Shown one piece after another: positions 9,518 through 20,026 of a stretch of 64,000 nt of DNA; position 1 is the first letter of the stretch; each line of letters starts with the position of its first letter. Below the pieces are notes generated by a model. That model was not told the DNA's origin, made no database searches, and was given only the letters and a program-made list of their open reading frames with translations. Source of the DNA: a phage. The DNA lies in sequence record PV806337.1. One strand, written 5' to 3'. A program made the translations under genes and the position numbers.

Positions 9518-11848
9518 ATGAGCCATCGCATTGAAAAAGTAATTAAACGTGACGGTACTGTAGAAGACTTTGCTCCTGAAAAAATCAATGGTTGGGCAGA
9601 GTATGGTTGCAAAACAGTTGATGTAAGCTGGTCAGCCATTACTATGGCTGCTCAAAAAACTCTGCCTAAAGGGGTTGTAGATTCCGACACTCTGATGGAT
9701 GCATTAATTAAAGCTGCTGAAAGTCTTATTAAAGATAATCCAGCATACGATGTGCCAGCAAAGGAATTACGTCTTGCGCAAATGCGTAAACGCCTTTATG
9801 ACTCTTTCGAACCACCTTCTTTACGCTTCTTCCATGACCACATGGTTAGCGTAGGTGCATGGGAAGACATGAGTGCATGGATTACCGATGAGCAATTTGA
9901 AGCTCTGAATCAGGTTATCGACCATGATCGTGACCGTCTTTTTACTAGTGGTGGGCTGAAGCAGTTCTTTGATAAGTATTCCCGTCGTAATATAGCCACT
10001 GGTGAAATTTATGAAACCCCGCAATTCGCCTACATGGGTATGGCAATGGCGATGTTATCTCAACCTAACTGGACAATTCTAGATGCAATCGACCTCTACA
10101 ACGCAATGTCGCTCCACAAAATCAACGTTCCTACGCCGCCACTGGTTGGTCTGCGCTCTAGTGACCGTGGATTTGCTAGTTGCTGTCTCGTGGATTCCAC
10201 TGACACGTTGGATTCAATCGACACCGCCGAGCACATCGTCTTCAAAATGGTCGCAGCCAGAGCGGGAATCGGGTATCATCTTGAAAGCCGATCAATTGCT
10301 GATCCGGTGCGAAATGGGGCATTCCCGCATTCCGGAAAACTGCCATATTATCGACACATTGACCGCTCAGTAAAGGCCAATACTCAGCAAACTCGTGGTG
10401 GTTCTGCTACAGTGTCTTATCCATACTTCGACCCTGAAATCATTCAATTGATGCAGGTTAAGCAACAACGTGCTACAGATGAGAATAAAATCGATAAGAT
10501 GGATTATTCTCTGAGCTTTAACAATCTTTTGTTAAAACGTTATCTTAAAAACGAAGATATTACGCTAATGTCATACTTCTATGCTCCAGAAGTTCATGAA
10601 GCGTTTTATAGTGATGACGAGGCTAAATTTGAAGAAATCTACGTGGCAGCGGAGAAACGTGTGGCATCTCTTACAAAGATCGACCACGAAGGAAAAACAG
10701 TTCCTGCAGCTCCTAAAGTCTCTGCAAAAGAAATCCTAGATACTTGGCTACGTATCCGAATGGAAACAGGACGTATGTATGCTCACCACATTGGGGAATC
10801 TAATCGTCACGGTAACTTCCTTGATCCGATCCGTATGACAAACCTTTGTGTTGAAATTACTCAGCCTACACGCCCGTTCCATCACATTACAGAGCTGTAC
10901 AAGACAAAAGAGCAGCTTGATCAAATGAAGCCGGAGGATATTGGTGAAGTATCTCTGTGTAACTTAGGTGGTGTTGTACTTGGACGCATGGAATCTCTGG
11001 CTGAGTGGGAAAAAACTTGCTACATCCTTCTGAAGTTTGTTGATACAATTATTGAAATTCAGGATTATCCGTTCCCAACTATGGAATATACGGCCAAGAA
11101 ACGTCGTAATGTCGGTATTGGCCTAATGAACGCAGCAGGTGCAATGGCAGCAGAAGGTCTGGCTTACGAAGGTATTGAAGCTCGTAACTGGATCCACCGT
11201 GAGGCTGAAAAACTGTCTTACTTCCTGCATAAAGCCTCTGTACGCCTGGCTAAGGAACAGGGTGCATGTGAGTGGTTTGATCGTACTAAACCATCTAAAG
11301 GAATTCTGGTAATCGACACGTACAAGAAAACTGTTGATGAGCTGGTATCCGTAGGTCTAGAAATGGACTGGGAGTCTCTGCGTGCAGATATTCTGAAATA
11401 TGGTATGCGTAACTCTGTTCTGACTGCTCAGATGCCGGGAGAAAGTTCTTCTGTTCTGTTAGGTGTTACTAACTCTATCGAACCACCTCGTAAGATTGTA
11501 TCTATCAAGGGTAGTGCAGTAAATAAAGTAATTGCAATTGCTCCAGGTGCAACCGATTGGGAAACGTTAATGAGCTATAAATTGGCTTATGATGTAGATC
11601 GTATCGAGTGGATCAAATGGGTAGCAACTATGCAGAAATTCTTCAGCCAGTCTGTTAGTACTAATATGTACTACGACTACACCAAGTTTGAGAATGAAAT
11701 TATTCCTGGCCCAGTAGTAGTTCGTGATTTCATGACTGCTGTTAAATACGGGTGGAAAACTTGGTATTATGCTAACTTCAACACCGCAAATGGTGGTGGT
11801 GCTGGAGAAGAAGCAGCTGGTTGTGCATCAGGCGGTTGTACTATTTAA
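9518..11848 (+). CDS. nrdA: ribonucleoside-diphosphate reductase alpha subunit (class I RNR)
   Basis: Track ORF 9413-11848; ATG 9518 after AAAGGAAAG; N-terminal ATP-cone KRDGT, core motifs NLCVEI and C-terminal Cys pair. Confidence 0.9.
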   Translation: MSHRIEKVIKRDGTVEDFAPEKINGWAEYGCKTVDVSWSAITMAAQKTLPKGVVDSDTLMDALIKAAESLIKDNPAYDVPAKELRLAQMRKRLYDSFEPPSLRFFHDHMVSVGAWEDMSAWITDEQFEALNQVIDHDRDRLFTSGGLKQFFDKYSRRNIATGEIYETPQFAYMGMAMAMLSQPNWTILDAIDLYNAMSLHKINVPTPPLVGLRSSDRGFASCCLVDSTDTLDSIDTAEHIVFKMVAARAGIGYHLESRSIADPVRNGAFPHSGKLPYYRHIDRSVKANTQQTRGGSATVSYPYFDPEIIQLMQVKQQRATDENKIDKMDYSLSFNNLLLKRYLKNEDITLMSYFYAPEVHEAFYSDDEAKFEEIYVAAEKRVASLTKIDHEGKTVPAAPKVSAKEILDTWLRIRMETGRMYAHHIGESNRHGNFLDPIRMTNLCVEITQPTRPFHHITELYKTKEQLDQMKPEDIGEVSLCNLGGVVLGRMESLAEWEKTCYILLKFVDTIIEIQDYPFPTMEYTAKKRRNVGIGLMNAAGAMAAEGLAYEGIEARNWIHREAEKLSYFLHKASVRLAKEQGACEWFDRTKPSKGILVIDTYKKTVDELVSVGLEMDWESLRADILKYGMRNSVLTAQMPGESSSVLLGVTNSIEPPRKIVSIKGSAVNKVIAIAPGATDWETLMSYKLAYDVDRIEWIKWVATMQKFFSQSVSTNMYYDYTKFENEIIPGPVVVRDFMTAVKYGWKTWYYANFNTANGGGAGEEAAGCASGGCTI

Positions 11849-11855
11849 TAAAAAC

Positions 11856-11880
11856 AAGGAGATCTTCGGGTCTCCTTTTT
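11856..11880 (+). terminator. rho-independent terminator after nrdA
   Basis: Hairpin AGGAGATC-TTCG-GGTCTCCTT then T-run. Confidence 0.7.
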
Positions 11881-11894
11881 CTTTGAAATTTTAC

Positions 11895-11923
11895 TTGCTA
11901 ATCGCTACCAGATTTGCTATAAT
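11895..11923 (+). promoter_or_regulatory. T5-type promoter (TTGCTA-17-TATAAT) for nrdB-folA-thyA
   Basis: -35 at 11895-11900, -10 at 11918-11923, just after nrdA terminator. Confidence 0.7.
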
Positions 11924-11954
11924 ATTCCTGAAATAGTGAGAAAGAGGAAAATCA

Positions 11955-13100
11955 ATGACTACTTTACTAAACCTGAATTGGGATCATACTAACGCCGACC
12001 TTTTCCTGGGAGATTCTCTCGGTATCGCAGATTATGTACGTGTAGCACATCCAGAACTAGAACGTCTGGCACTTCTGCAGCGCTCTCAATTTTGGACTGA
12101 AACTGAAATCAGTCTGGAAGCAGATAAGAAACAATGGCCTAATCTCCCACGAGAAATTCAGGAAATTACACTCCTGAACTTAGCATGGCAAACTCAAACT
12201 GATTCCTTTATCAGTCGTGCCCCTGAAGCAGCTATTATGCCGCTTGTAAGTCGTCCAGAATTGGAAGGTATGCTCAAACAGTGGAGCTATTTTGAAGACC
12301 TGCATAGTCGTGCTTATAGCAATATTATTCGTAATGTGCTGACTGATCCAGCAGAATTTATTGATTCTGTAACCAAAAACCAAGAAGCATTCGCGCGCAT
12401 CGCTGATTCTGTTGAACTATTCGATGAACTGTACCAGTTAGGTCAGTATTTCATCGCAGTACGCGATCATCGTGGCGACAATACATATCCAGAAACTGAG
12501 TTCCCTGAAGTTAAACGTGAAACTCAGGCTAAACTATTAGACGCTTACTTTGCGATCTATGGTCTGGAAGCAATGCAGTTTTACGCATCCTTTGCATGTA
12601 CCTTTGCATTAGCAGAGAACGATATTCTGCAAGGTATTGCTAAAAATCTGCAATTAATCGCTAAAGATGAAGCTCTGCACACTCAGATGTCCAAAGCAAT
12701 CATCCAGATTATGTTTCAGCAATTTGACAAAGATCTGGTAGATGAAGCAGTGGCTAAAGCACCAGCACAGCTCCTGAAAACTCTGAAAACTGAAATTGAA
12801 TGGGGTCATTTCATTTTCAAAGGTCGTAGTCTGATTGGCTTGAATGCAGAACTTCTAGAAGAATATCTGTATTTTGTGGGACGTAATGCATTTATGCACA
12901 TCGGTGTAGAATGGCCTAGTCATTTACCAGTAATCACCAAAAACCCTATTCCGTGGATTATGAACTGGTTGGATACTACTTCTCTACAGCCTGCTCCACA
13001 AGAAATCCAGATTGGTGCAGCCTACCGTGTAGGTCAGGTAACTGAGACCTCTACTGATACTCTGAAAGATCTGGGTAATGAATTTGGAGATTTCTTATGA
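11955..13100 (+). CDS. nrdB: ribonucleoside-diphosphate reductase beta subunit
   Basis: ORF track 381 aa directly downstream of nrdA; ferritin-like di-iron type sequence. Confidence 0.85.
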   Translation: MTTLLNLNWDHTNADLFLGDSLGIADYVRVAHPELERLALLQRSQFWTETEISLEADKKQWPNLPREIQEITLLNLAWQTQTDSFISRAPEAAIMPLVSRPELEGMLKQWSYFEDLHSRAYSNIIRNVLTDPAEFIDSVTKNQEAFARIADSVELFDELYQLGQYFIAVRDHRGDNTYPETEFPEVKRETQAKLLDAYFAIYGLEAMQFYASFACTFALAENDILQGIAKNLQLIAKDEALHTQMSKAIIQIMFQQFDKDLVDEAVAKAPAQLLKTLKTEIEWGHFIFKGRSLIGLNAELLEEYLYFVGRNAFMHIGVEWPSHLPVITKNPIPWIMNWLDTTSLQPAPQEIQIGAAYRVGQVTETSTDTLKDLGNEFGDFL

Positions 13101-13630
13101 TTACAGCAATGTATGCAGTTGGGCCGAATGGGGAGTTCGGCCTCCGCGGTAAACTTCCATGGGGTTCCTTCAAAGAAGAACTAGATGCTTTCTATTCTCA
13201 ACTGGACGTGTTGAATCCAGATAACATCATCATTGGTGCGGGTACTTATTTAGCTCTTCCATACGCCGTTAGAGAACGTATGATTGGAGCTTCTGACCTA
13301 TTTATTCGTGCTGATCGTCCACTGCCAGATGATATTACACATGATATTTACACCCCAATTTCTAAGATTGGGGATGCTTTACCTACATTTCTGAAAGATC
13401 AGCAGACAGTAGTTCTAGGTGGTGCTAACCTTCTTCTAGAAATGTATCAATATGGTCATATTGAAAGTGCTTTTGTATCCACAATCTTTAGTAATCAAAA
13501 ACTAGAGGCAGATGTATATCTGGATAATACGATTCTAGATTACAACTATGAATCTACTCGTTTAGTTTACGCAACTGGCGCAAACAGTGATAACAGCCTG
13601 CGATTTGTACAGGAATTGGTTACTTATTAA
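13097..13630 (+). CDS. folA: dihydrofolate reductase
   Basis: ORF track 177 aa; stop/start overlap with nrdB and thyA; DHFR-like N-terminus (GKLPW). Confidence 0.7.
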   Translation: MITAMYAVGPNGEFGLRGKLPWGSFKEELDAFYSQLDVLNPDNIIIGAGTYLALPYAVRERMIGASDLFIRADRPLPDDITHDIYTPISKIGDALPTFLKDQQTVVLGGANLLLEMYQYGHIESAFVSTIFSNQKLEADVYLDNTILDYNYESTRLVYATGANSDNSLRFVQELVTY

Positions 13631-14484
13631 TGGATCAGTATATAGAAGTTGGAAAACGTATTCTATCAGAAGGTCAGTGGGTAACGAATCCCAGAACAGG
13701 GGTTCGTTGCCTCACCATTATTGATGCAGATTTTACTTTTAACGTAGGTGCAGGTGAATTCCCACTTATTACTACTCGTAAGGCGTTTGCAAAACAAGCA
13801 ATAATGGAAATGATTGGGTATCTACGTGGGTATGATTCAGCAGCACAATTCCGCGCTATTGGTGTTAACACATGGAATGCTAATGCAAATGAAAACTTAG
13901 CTTGGCTAGACAATCCATACCGTAAAGGTGAGGATGATATGGGACGAGTCTATGGTGTTCAAGGACGTCAGTGGACTAATTCCGATGGTCTTATGTTTGA
14001 CCAACTAGTCAAGATTTATCATAATCTGAAAAAGGGCATTGATGATCGTGGGGAAATTCTAACCTTCTGGAATCCGGGGGAGTTCTCAAAGGGTTGCTTA
14101 CGTCCATGTATGCATACTCATCAGTTCTCTATTTTGGGAGATACATTATATCTGAACTCTTTCCAGAGATCTAATGACTTCCTGTTAGGCCAAGTATTTA
14201 ACATGGTTCAGTGCTATACGCTTCTAGCATTAATGGCACAGATTACAGGCCTTAAACCAGGAATTGCACGCCAGAAGATTATCAATCTTCATATCTATGA
14301 GGATCAGTATAATGTTTTGATGGAGCACAAGCAATTCGATCGTGAACCTTTTGCACTCCCAACTCTAGAAATTAATCCAAATATTAAGACTTTAGATGAC
14401 GTATTGACTTGGGTAAGTAAGGATGATTTTACTGTTCAAGGTTATGAACATCATCCAGCTATTGCATACCCATTCACTGTTTAA
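13630..14484 (+). CDS. thyA: thymidylate synthase
   Basis: ORF track 284 aa; active-site-like RPCMHTHQF and ThyA-like downstream block. Confidence 0.8.
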   Translation: MDQYIEVGKRILSEGQWVTNPRTGVRCLTIIDADFTFNVGAGEFPLITTRKAFAKQAIMEMIGYLRGYDSAAQFRAIGVNTWNANANENLAWLDNPYRKGEDDMGRVYGVQGRQWTNSDGLMFDQLVKIYHNLKKGIDDRGEILTFWNPGEFSKGCLRPCMHTHQFSILGDTLYLNSFQRSNDFLLGQVFNMVQCYTLLALMAQITGLKPGIARQKIINLHIYEDQYNVLMEHKQFDREPFALPTLEINPNIKTLDDVLTWVSKDDFTVQGYEHHPAIAYPFTV

Positions 14485-14497
14485 TTTAAAATATTAT

Positions 14498-14527
14498 TTG
14501 CTTTAATCCCAGTACTTATAGTATAAT
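14498..14527 (+). promoter_or_regulatory. T5-type promoter upstream of HNH endonuclease
   Basis: TTGCTT at 14498-14503, TATAAT at 14522-14527. Confidence 0.6.
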
Positions 14528-14558
14528 ATCTCCTATATACATTATAGGAGATATATTT

Positions 14559-15113
14559 ATGATCGTACAAGAGGGGTGGACAAAAGAATCCGCACGTAAT
14601 AGGTTTATCTATAATCCTCTTACTGGGGAGATTTTAAATAGAATTAACAGTGGTAGGGCTAAGAAAGGACAGATAGCCGGGTACCTAGACAAGTCTACTG
14701 GATATATTCGGGTAACATTGGCAGGAAAAAGAATGAAAGGACATCAGTTAGCCTTCTTATACATGGAAGGATATATACCTGATACTATAGATCACATCAA
14801 CAGAATAAAATCTGATAATAGATGGTGTAATTTAAGGGAATCTTCACCCCAAGAGAATGCTAGAAATATTAAAGCAAGAAGTAAATCTGGTTATTTAGGG
14901 GTTGGGTGGCATAAGCCAAGTCAAAAATGGTGGGTATATACTAAAGATGTAAAAGGAGCGCAGATTAATGGTGGTTACTTTGATTATACGAAATTAGAGG
15001 AAGCAGTCAATAAAGCTAATGAACTCCGTCAGCAATTACATGGACATACTGCTATTTTAGAAGTTTTTAATCCTGATCAACCAATACCTACCATAGAGGA
15101 ACTTAATAAATGA
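14559..15113 (+). CDS. HNH homing endonuclease with AP2-like DNA-binding domain
   Basis: ORF track 184 aa; IDHINRIKSDNRWCNLR (HNH) and SKSGYLGVGWHK (AP2-like); own promoter at 14498-14527. Confidence 0.75.
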   Translation: MIVQEGWTKESARNRFIYNPLTGEILNRINSGRAKKGQIAGYLDKSTGYIRVTLAGKRMKGHQLAFLYMEGYIPDTIDHINRIKSDNRWCNLRESSPQENARNIKARSKSGYLGVGWHKPSQKWWVYTKDVKGAQINGGYFDYTKLEEAVNKANELRQQLHGHTAILEVFNPDQPIPTIEELNK

Positions 15114-15586
15114 GTGTTTTCCACATTTACACAGATGGTGCTTGTAAGTCTAACCCAGGTCCAGGTGCTTGGGGATTTATTGTCTATGATGATAACGATG
15201 ATCGTTTAGGTTCTAAATCTGGATATAGTCCTAAAACTACAAATAATGAGATGGAACTCACGGCTATTGTAGAGGCTCTACGTTGGTCAGTTAAAAAAGA
15301 TAATAGACCAATTGTTATCTATACTGATTCTGCTTATTGCAAAAATGGTATGGAAAGTTGGATGTTTTCTTGGCAAAGGAAAGGCTGGAAGAAAGCAGAT
15401 GGTGAAGTTCCTCTTAATCTAGAACTTTGGCAGGAAGCATTTAAATTAACACAGCAGTATATCAACTTTCATAATACTAACCCTACCTTTATTAAGGTTA
15501 AAGGACATTCTGGTATTAGTGGTAATGAAGCTGTAGACGCCTTATGTAACACAGTTATTACTGAAGCTGAAATGGCTGAGATGTGA
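15110..15586 (+). CDS. rnhA: ribonuclease H
   Basis: ORF track 158 aa; N-terminal IYTDGACKSNPGPGAWG typical of RNase HI. Confidence 0.8.
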   Translation: MSVFHIYTDGACKSNPGPGAWGFIVYDDNDDRLGSKSGYSPKTTNNEMELTAIVEALRWSVKKDNRPIVIYTDSAYCKNGMESWMFSWQRKGWKKADGEVPLNLELWQEAFKLTQQYINFHNTNPTFIKVKGHSGISGNEAVDALCNTVITEAEMAEM

Positions 15587-15607
15587 TAAATAAATTAAAA
15601 AATTTTC

Positions 15608-15636
15608 TTGCTTAAAGCCCTCTAATTTAGTATAAT
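15608..15636 (+). promoter_or_regulatory. T5-type promoter
   Basis: TTGCTT 15608-15613, 17 bp, TATAAT 15631-15636. Confidence 0.7.
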
Positions 15637-15663
15637 ATTCGTATTGAAAGTGAGGAGGGCTTT

Positions 15664-15942
15664 ATGAGAATTTATAACTCAAATTCATTAGGATTTAAAC
15701 CGTTGAGAAAACGTGCACAATCACCTCGTCAAATAAGAAAGGCTAATATTGGTGAGCCAGAAACACGTCTTCCACCTCCTCCGGAACAACGTTTAGTTTA
15801 TCTGGATGAAGAATTAGCTGAACGCGAAAGAAAAGCTCAAGAAGAGATTGAGCGTAAGAAAATGTGTACTGCTCCAGCATATAATAAAGGAGCGTATCAA
15901 TATGTTTCCGATGCAGAACAAGCCAAGATGGTTGGTAGATAA
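15664..15942 (+). CDS. hypothetical protein
   Basis: ORF track 92 aa following promoter 15608-15636 and GAGGAGG RBS. Confidence 0.55.
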   Translation: MRIYNSNSLGFKPLRKRAQSPRQIRKANIGEPETRLPPPPEQRLVYLDEELAERERKAQEEIERKKMCTAPAYNKGAYQYVSDAEQAKMVGR

Positions 15943-15958
15943 TTTTTAAAAAATTCAT

Positions 15959-15987
15959 TTGCTAAACGCTTCAAATTCTCGTATAAT
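15959..15987 (+). promoter_or_regulatory. T5-type promoter with AAAAATTCATTTGCTA upstream block
   Basis: TTGCTA 15959-15964, 17 bp, TATAAT 15982-15987. Confidence 0.75.
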
Positions 15988-16025
15988 ATACTTCATAAAT
16001 TGATAAACAAAAAGGAAAATAAATA

Positions 16026-16541
16026 ATGGCTAAGCAGAAAAACGCAAAAACTCAAGCAGCCCCGGCAGTTAAAACTTTCCCTCAGACTGAGGCTAACCGC
16101 AAAGCTCGTCTGGAACGCCACCTGCGCAAGCACCCTACTGATGCTCAAGCTGCACAGGCACTGAATCGTCCGGCTCCGATTCGTCAAAAGCCGAAGGCTA
16201 AGAATACCACTCGTTCTGTAGTCCGCCTTGTGACCTATGTACAGGGTTATGGTCACAAATCTGTTCCAGTAGCACTGAGTTTCAATGCTGGAGCAGAATT
16301 GTTCCCTCGTAATGGCATGGCCATGAAAGATTACGAGAAAGCAGTTAACCAGAAACGCAAACCAACGGCAGATGTATTGCGTGATACTCGTGGACAGTTT
16401 GGTTCTGTTAAGCCAAATATCTTCGGTGTAGAGTATAGCAAAGATAATGTTCGTGCTCTATGTTACGGTGTAGGCATTAAGTTCACGGGTGATTCTGCTC
16501 GTAAATCTGCTAAACCAGCTCGTAAACGTAAAGCGAAGTAA
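16026..16541 (+). CDS. basic, Lys/Arg/Ala-rich protein (possible nucleic-acid-binding)
   Basis: ORF track 171 aa; promoter 15959-15987; highly basic termini. Confidence 0.6.
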   Translation: MAKQKNAKTQAAPAVKTFPQTEANRKARLERHLRKHPTDAQAAQALNRPAPIRQKPKAKNTTRSVVRLVTYVQGYGHKSVPVALSFNAGAELFPRNGMAMKDYEKAVNQKRKPTADVLRDTRGQFGSVKPNIFGVEYSKDNVRALCYGVGIKFTGDSARKSAKPARKRKAK

Positions 16542-16605
16542 TAGATAAATAGGGGCAGAAGCCCCTACAATCTACTAATTCTCTAACTAATCAAGGATAT
16601 TTTTT

Positions 16606-16821
16606 ATGTTCTCTAAGAAACCACGTTCCGTTACTGAAATCGTTGCTTCCTTTACCACTATCACTGATGAGCTTCAAGCTCGTATTGAGGCTGATCAAAA
16701 AATTGCGGCGGATATTCAGAAACAGCAGGAAGAACTCGCTTTAAAGTTGGCTGAAACCAACAAGAGTGAAAAATCTGCCCAAACTATTATGGAAAATATC
16801 CTTAAACTGCTGGGCAAGTGA
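16606..16821 (+). CDS. hypothetical protein
   Basis: ORF track 71 aa between two hairpins. Confidence 0.5.
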   Translation: MFSKKPRSVTEIVASFTTITDELQARIEADQKIAADIQKQQEELALKLAETNKSEKSAQTIMENILKLLGK

Positions 16822-16862
16822 TTTAAATCAGGGGGCGAAAGCCCCTCTTATTTGGAGAAACT

Positions 16863-17099
16863 ATGCGTAATTTTGTAGCAAAGAATGATTTTAACCGTGC
16901 TAGCACTCATAAGTCCGCTAGAGATTATACACGACTTTCTAGTCATGAGGTAATGGACACCTGTTATGAAGAGCTGGAAGGTAGCTGGAATGAATGGCCC
17001 GACTTCTCTATGGAAGAGAACTGGGATGTCAGTGAGGATATGCTTCCTGGCTTTAAAGACCCCAAGAAGTGGGAGTCTATTAAAGAGCTGTCTCTTTAA
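16863..17099 (+). CDS. hypothetical acidic protein
   Basis: ORF track 78 aa with GGAGA RBS; overlapping reverse ORF judged spurious. Confidence 0.5.
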   Translation: MRNFVAKNDFNRASTHKSARDYTRLSSHEVMDTCYEELEGSWNEWPDFSMEENWDVSEDMLPGFKDPKKWESIKELSL

Positions 17100-17127
17100 T
17101 AGTTTTCTACACAATAAAGGATAAGTT

Positions 17128-17829
17128 ATGAAAGTAAAACCATTTGGTATGCTAGATATTGAATCTCTGGGAACTCCAGGAGATTGTGGTACTACTCATA
17201 TCGCAATGCCTTCTTTCGCTTTTGTGGCTATGCATGGAATTGATAAAGACCCTGATCTAATATTTGTTACTTTGGATGTACAAGATCAGCTTAATTCTGG
17301 TGCCAAAGTTACAGCATCTACTCTAGCATTCTGGATGGATCAAGCTAAAAATAGCCCGTCTGCTATCCACATTATGGAAGCTATGAAGGAACGTAATCCA
17401 AAACTGATTGCCTTCCAAAATGGTAAACATCATTGCACTAATAAACTCGGCTCTAACTATGCTGCCTACTCTATGGCTAAAAATATTATGGAGTTGGCTT
17501 TAGGCGAAAATGCTTTGTATTATGGAAACGGTCCAGAGTTTGATATGACTATCTACTCTGCAAACACGTTCCATGCTGGAACCAATGAAGAGGTAGTTCC
17601 GTGGAAATTCTGGAATTTGGGTAATGTTCGATCTCTTCGTAACCTCTGGATGCAGGCTGGATACAGTTATAAAGCTCTAGAGACCGAAGGTATTAGCTGG
17701 GCAATAGCTAAAATGGAGAAGATGGACACCATTCGTTATGGGATCTATCCGGTTAAGCACGACCCAGCATTTGATGCCTTAGTTGAGAGCTATTGTGTTG
17801 CAGCTATGATCGAAAAAATGAAAATTTGA
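17128..17829 (+). CDS. DnaQ-like 3'-5' exonuclease
   Basis: ORF track 233 aa; Exo I-like MLDIESLG and Exo III-like HDPAFDAL motifs. Confidence 0.6.
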   Translation: MKVKPFGMLDIESLGTPGDCGTTHIAMPSFAFVAMHGIDKDPDLIFVTLDVQDQLNSGAKVTASTLAFWMDQAKNSPSAIHIMEAMKERNPKLIAFQNGKHHCTNKLGSNYAAYSMAKNIMELALGENALYYGNGPEFDMTIYSANTFHAGTNEEVVPWKFWNLGNVRSLRNLWMQAGYSYKALETEGISWAIAKMEKMDTIRYGIYPVKHDPAFDALVESYCVAAMIEKMKI

Positions 17830-17830
17830 T

Positions 17831-17859
17831 TTGCTTCCGGCTCCAAAATTCTGTATAAT
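17831..17859 (+). promoter_or_regulatory. T5-type promoter
   Basis: TTGCTT 17831-17836, 17 bp, TATAAT 17854-17859. Confidence 0.7.
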
Positions 17860-17899
17860 ATATTCATAAATTTGAGAAAACAATAAAAGGAAAACAAAT

Positions 17900-18082
17900 A
17901 TGCCAGTATCTAAAAATGTTCGTAAAAATGGTAAGAAAGCTACTCGTAATCTGGGTATCCGTCGTATGGCTGAACGTCAATCAGGTATCCAGAAAATCTT
18001 TGATCTGCTAAATCGTGCTAATCCTAAAATTGATAACAGTAACGATACTGTTCTGCGCACTCTGCTGGCAATTGGTCTGTAA
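17900..18082 (+). CDS. hypothetical small basic protein
   Basis: ORF track 60 aa after promoter 17831-17859. Confidence 0.5.
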   Translation: MPVSKNVRKNGKKATRNLGIRRMAERQSGIQKIFDLLNRANPKIDNSNDTVLRTLLAIGL

Positions 18083-18135
18083 TAGACCAACTTTAAACAA
18101 ATTCAAATCTCAAACTTCATATAAGGAAGCAAATA

Positions 18136-18774
18136 ATGACTACTCGTATCTCTAAAACTCGCGCTCTGGCAACTATCAAATCTCTGGAAGCTAAAATCCG
18201 TAAAGCTACTGAACAACAGCTTCTGATCGCTGTTGGTGAAGGTAAGGATAAAAATAAGGTTGTAGTTGGCGCTGCAATCGAAGTAGATGATTTATCTGAG
18301 CGTATTAAGACAGATTTCCAGTCCCTGCTGGATATGATGTCCCAGCGTGATCGTATCAAAGCTGCTCTGATTAAGAGCAATGCAGAAACGATCGTTGAGA
18401 TAGGCTCTCGTAAAATGACTGTTGCGGAAGCAATTGAAGCTAAGCGTTCTATGGAACTTAAAGCCCAACTGCTGGCTAACATGCGTAAGCAGTTCCATGC
18501 CGCCACGGTTAAGTTTAATACGCAGAAAGCACAGTTTGATGCTAAATATGAGCGTTTGCAGGATAGCATGGCTACCCGTGATAAGAAAACTTCCGAAGAT
18601 GAAGTTAAAATGCAGCTCAACCTGCTGGAACTCAAGAATACTCCATTCTTGATTGATCCGCTGGAACTGGAGAAGCTGATTAAGCAGCATGACGAGGAAT
18701 ACCAGGACTTTGCAACAAATGTTGATTTTGTTCTGTCCGAGTCTAACGCCTCTACCTTCATTGAAGTAGAGTAA
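18136..18774 (+). CDS. hypothetical protein
   Basis: ORF track 212 aa with AAGGAAG RBS; two overlapping reverse ORFs judged spurious. Confidence 0.6.
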   Translation: MTTRISKTRALATIKSLEAKIRKATEQQLLIAVGEGKDKNKVVVGAAIEVDDLSERIKTDFQSLLDMMSQRDRIKAALIKSNAETIVEIGSRKMTVAEAIEAKRSMELKAQLLANMRKQFHAATVKFNTQKAQFDAKYERLQDSMATRDKKTSEDEVKMQLNLLELKNTPFLIDPLELEKLIKQHDEEYQDFATNVDFVLSESNASTFIEVE

Positions 18775-19157
18775 TAATTTAAAAGCTAGTAAATCGGTAG
18801 ACGAAAGCCCAAGCATCTTACCTCGCAGCAGCGGTTGAAATACGAGGTTAAATAAGACCGCTGACCATACTATAAAGTATAATCTATTGGAGATTATGTT
18901 TATTACACCAGCCTTTTAAGCTGACACGTAAGAACAAAGCGTCGTTGATATTACCGACACAACTTCAAAGATCAACATTTAAGTATGAAAGCTGAAAAGT
19001 TTAAAGAACTCAAACTTCTAAACTTCTAAAGCTAAAAGATGCAAAGTATTCGTTGATGATTCAAACCCTAGATCAAAGGTACATGGCTCATAAGATATGG
19101 CCTGTGGCGCCTCTAGGCTGTTTATCGGTTTACTAGTTTCACAATTTAAAAATGTAT

Positions 19158-19186
19158 TTGCTAATTTACTAAGTTATCTGTATAAT
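19158..19186 (+). promoter_or_regulatory. T5-type promoter
   Basis: TTGCTA 19158-19163, 17 bp, TATAAT 19181-19186. Confidence 0.7.
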
Positions 19187-19216
19187 ATATTTTTAAATTG
19201 ATGAAACGAGGCTATT

Positions 19217-19534
19217 ATGACTTTTCATATTTTGATTGATGATGTGCGTAATCTTCACGGAATGGATATTATCATTCGAACCCCAGAAGCCGCTGTAGAG
19301 TTTCTGAATAAAACTGATACCACCGGCCATTTCGTTTATATGGATAATGACTTGGCTGTAGATGGTATGGAAGGTTATCAAATTCTTCGTTTACTCTTAG
19401 AATTTGGGCAGAGACCAAAGAAAGTGGTACTAGTAACCTCGAACCCAGTAGCTAAGCAAAATATGCGTAATGATTTGCTTGACTTAGGGTATAAAGAAAA
19501 TCCCAATCGTGTTGAATATGATTGGCAGGAGTAA
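19217..19534 (+). CDS. hypothetical protein
   Basis: ORF track 105 aa after promoter 19158-19186. Confidence 0.55.
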   Translation: MTFHILIDDVRNLHGMDIIIRTPEAAVEFLNKTDTTGHFVYMDNDLAVDGMEGYQILRLLLEFGQRPKKVVLVTSNPVAKQNMRNDLLDLGYKENPNRVEYDWQE

Positions 19535-19539
19535 AAAGA

Positions 19540-19989
19540 ATGAAGGCAGCTTTGCTTTTAGTAGCTGCCCTTACCTTCAGCTTTAGTAGTCAGGCATCGC
19601 ACGATGCAAAAGAAATAGATTGCATTGCTAAAAATATCTATTTCGAAAGTCGTGGTGAGGGCATAAAGGGAATGACGGCGATTGCACATGTTACTAAAAA
19701 CCGTGTAAACTCCGGTAAATTCCCAGATTCCTACTGTAAAGTAGTATATCAGTCTAACCAGTTCTCTTGGGTATCTAAGAGACCAAAAGTTGATAAAACT
19801 GATGAGGCTTGGCAAACCGCTAAGAATTTAGCTAGAGTGATATACTACGTTGATTTACCACAAGATCCTACATATGGAGCACTATACTTCCATAGTGGTA
19901 AAGATAAACCTTACTGGACAAAGAAGTTTAAGAAAACAACTAAGATTAAGGGACATACATTCTATAAACCTGTTGTCACTAAAACTTAA
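19540..19989 (+). CDS. secreted cell-wall hydrolase (SleB-like)
   Basis: In-frame ATG 19540 within track ORF; signal peptide; hydrolase-like core IYFESRGE. Confidence 0.6.
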   Translation: MKAALLLVAALTFSFSSQASHDAKEIDCIAKNIYFESRGEGIKGMTAIAHVTKNRVNSGKFPDSYCKVVYQSNQFSWVSKRPKVDKTDEAWQTAKNLARVIYYVDLPQDPTYGALYFHSGKDKPYWTKKFKKTTKIKGHTFYKPVVTKT

Positions 19990-19997
19990 AAATTTAC

Positions 19998-20026
19998 TTG
20001 CTTAGCTACTTAAATTTCTGTATAAT
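19998..20026 (+). promoter_or_regulatory. T5-type promoter
   Basis: TTGCTT 19998-20003, 17 bp, TATAAT 20021-20026. Confidence 0.7.

Noticed and set aside
18117-18816. Reverse-strand ORFs 18117-18761 and 18292-18816
   Set aside because: Both lie wholly inside the forward gene 18136-18774, which has a promoter and RBS; their translations are Ser/Leu/Cys-rich antisense artefacts.
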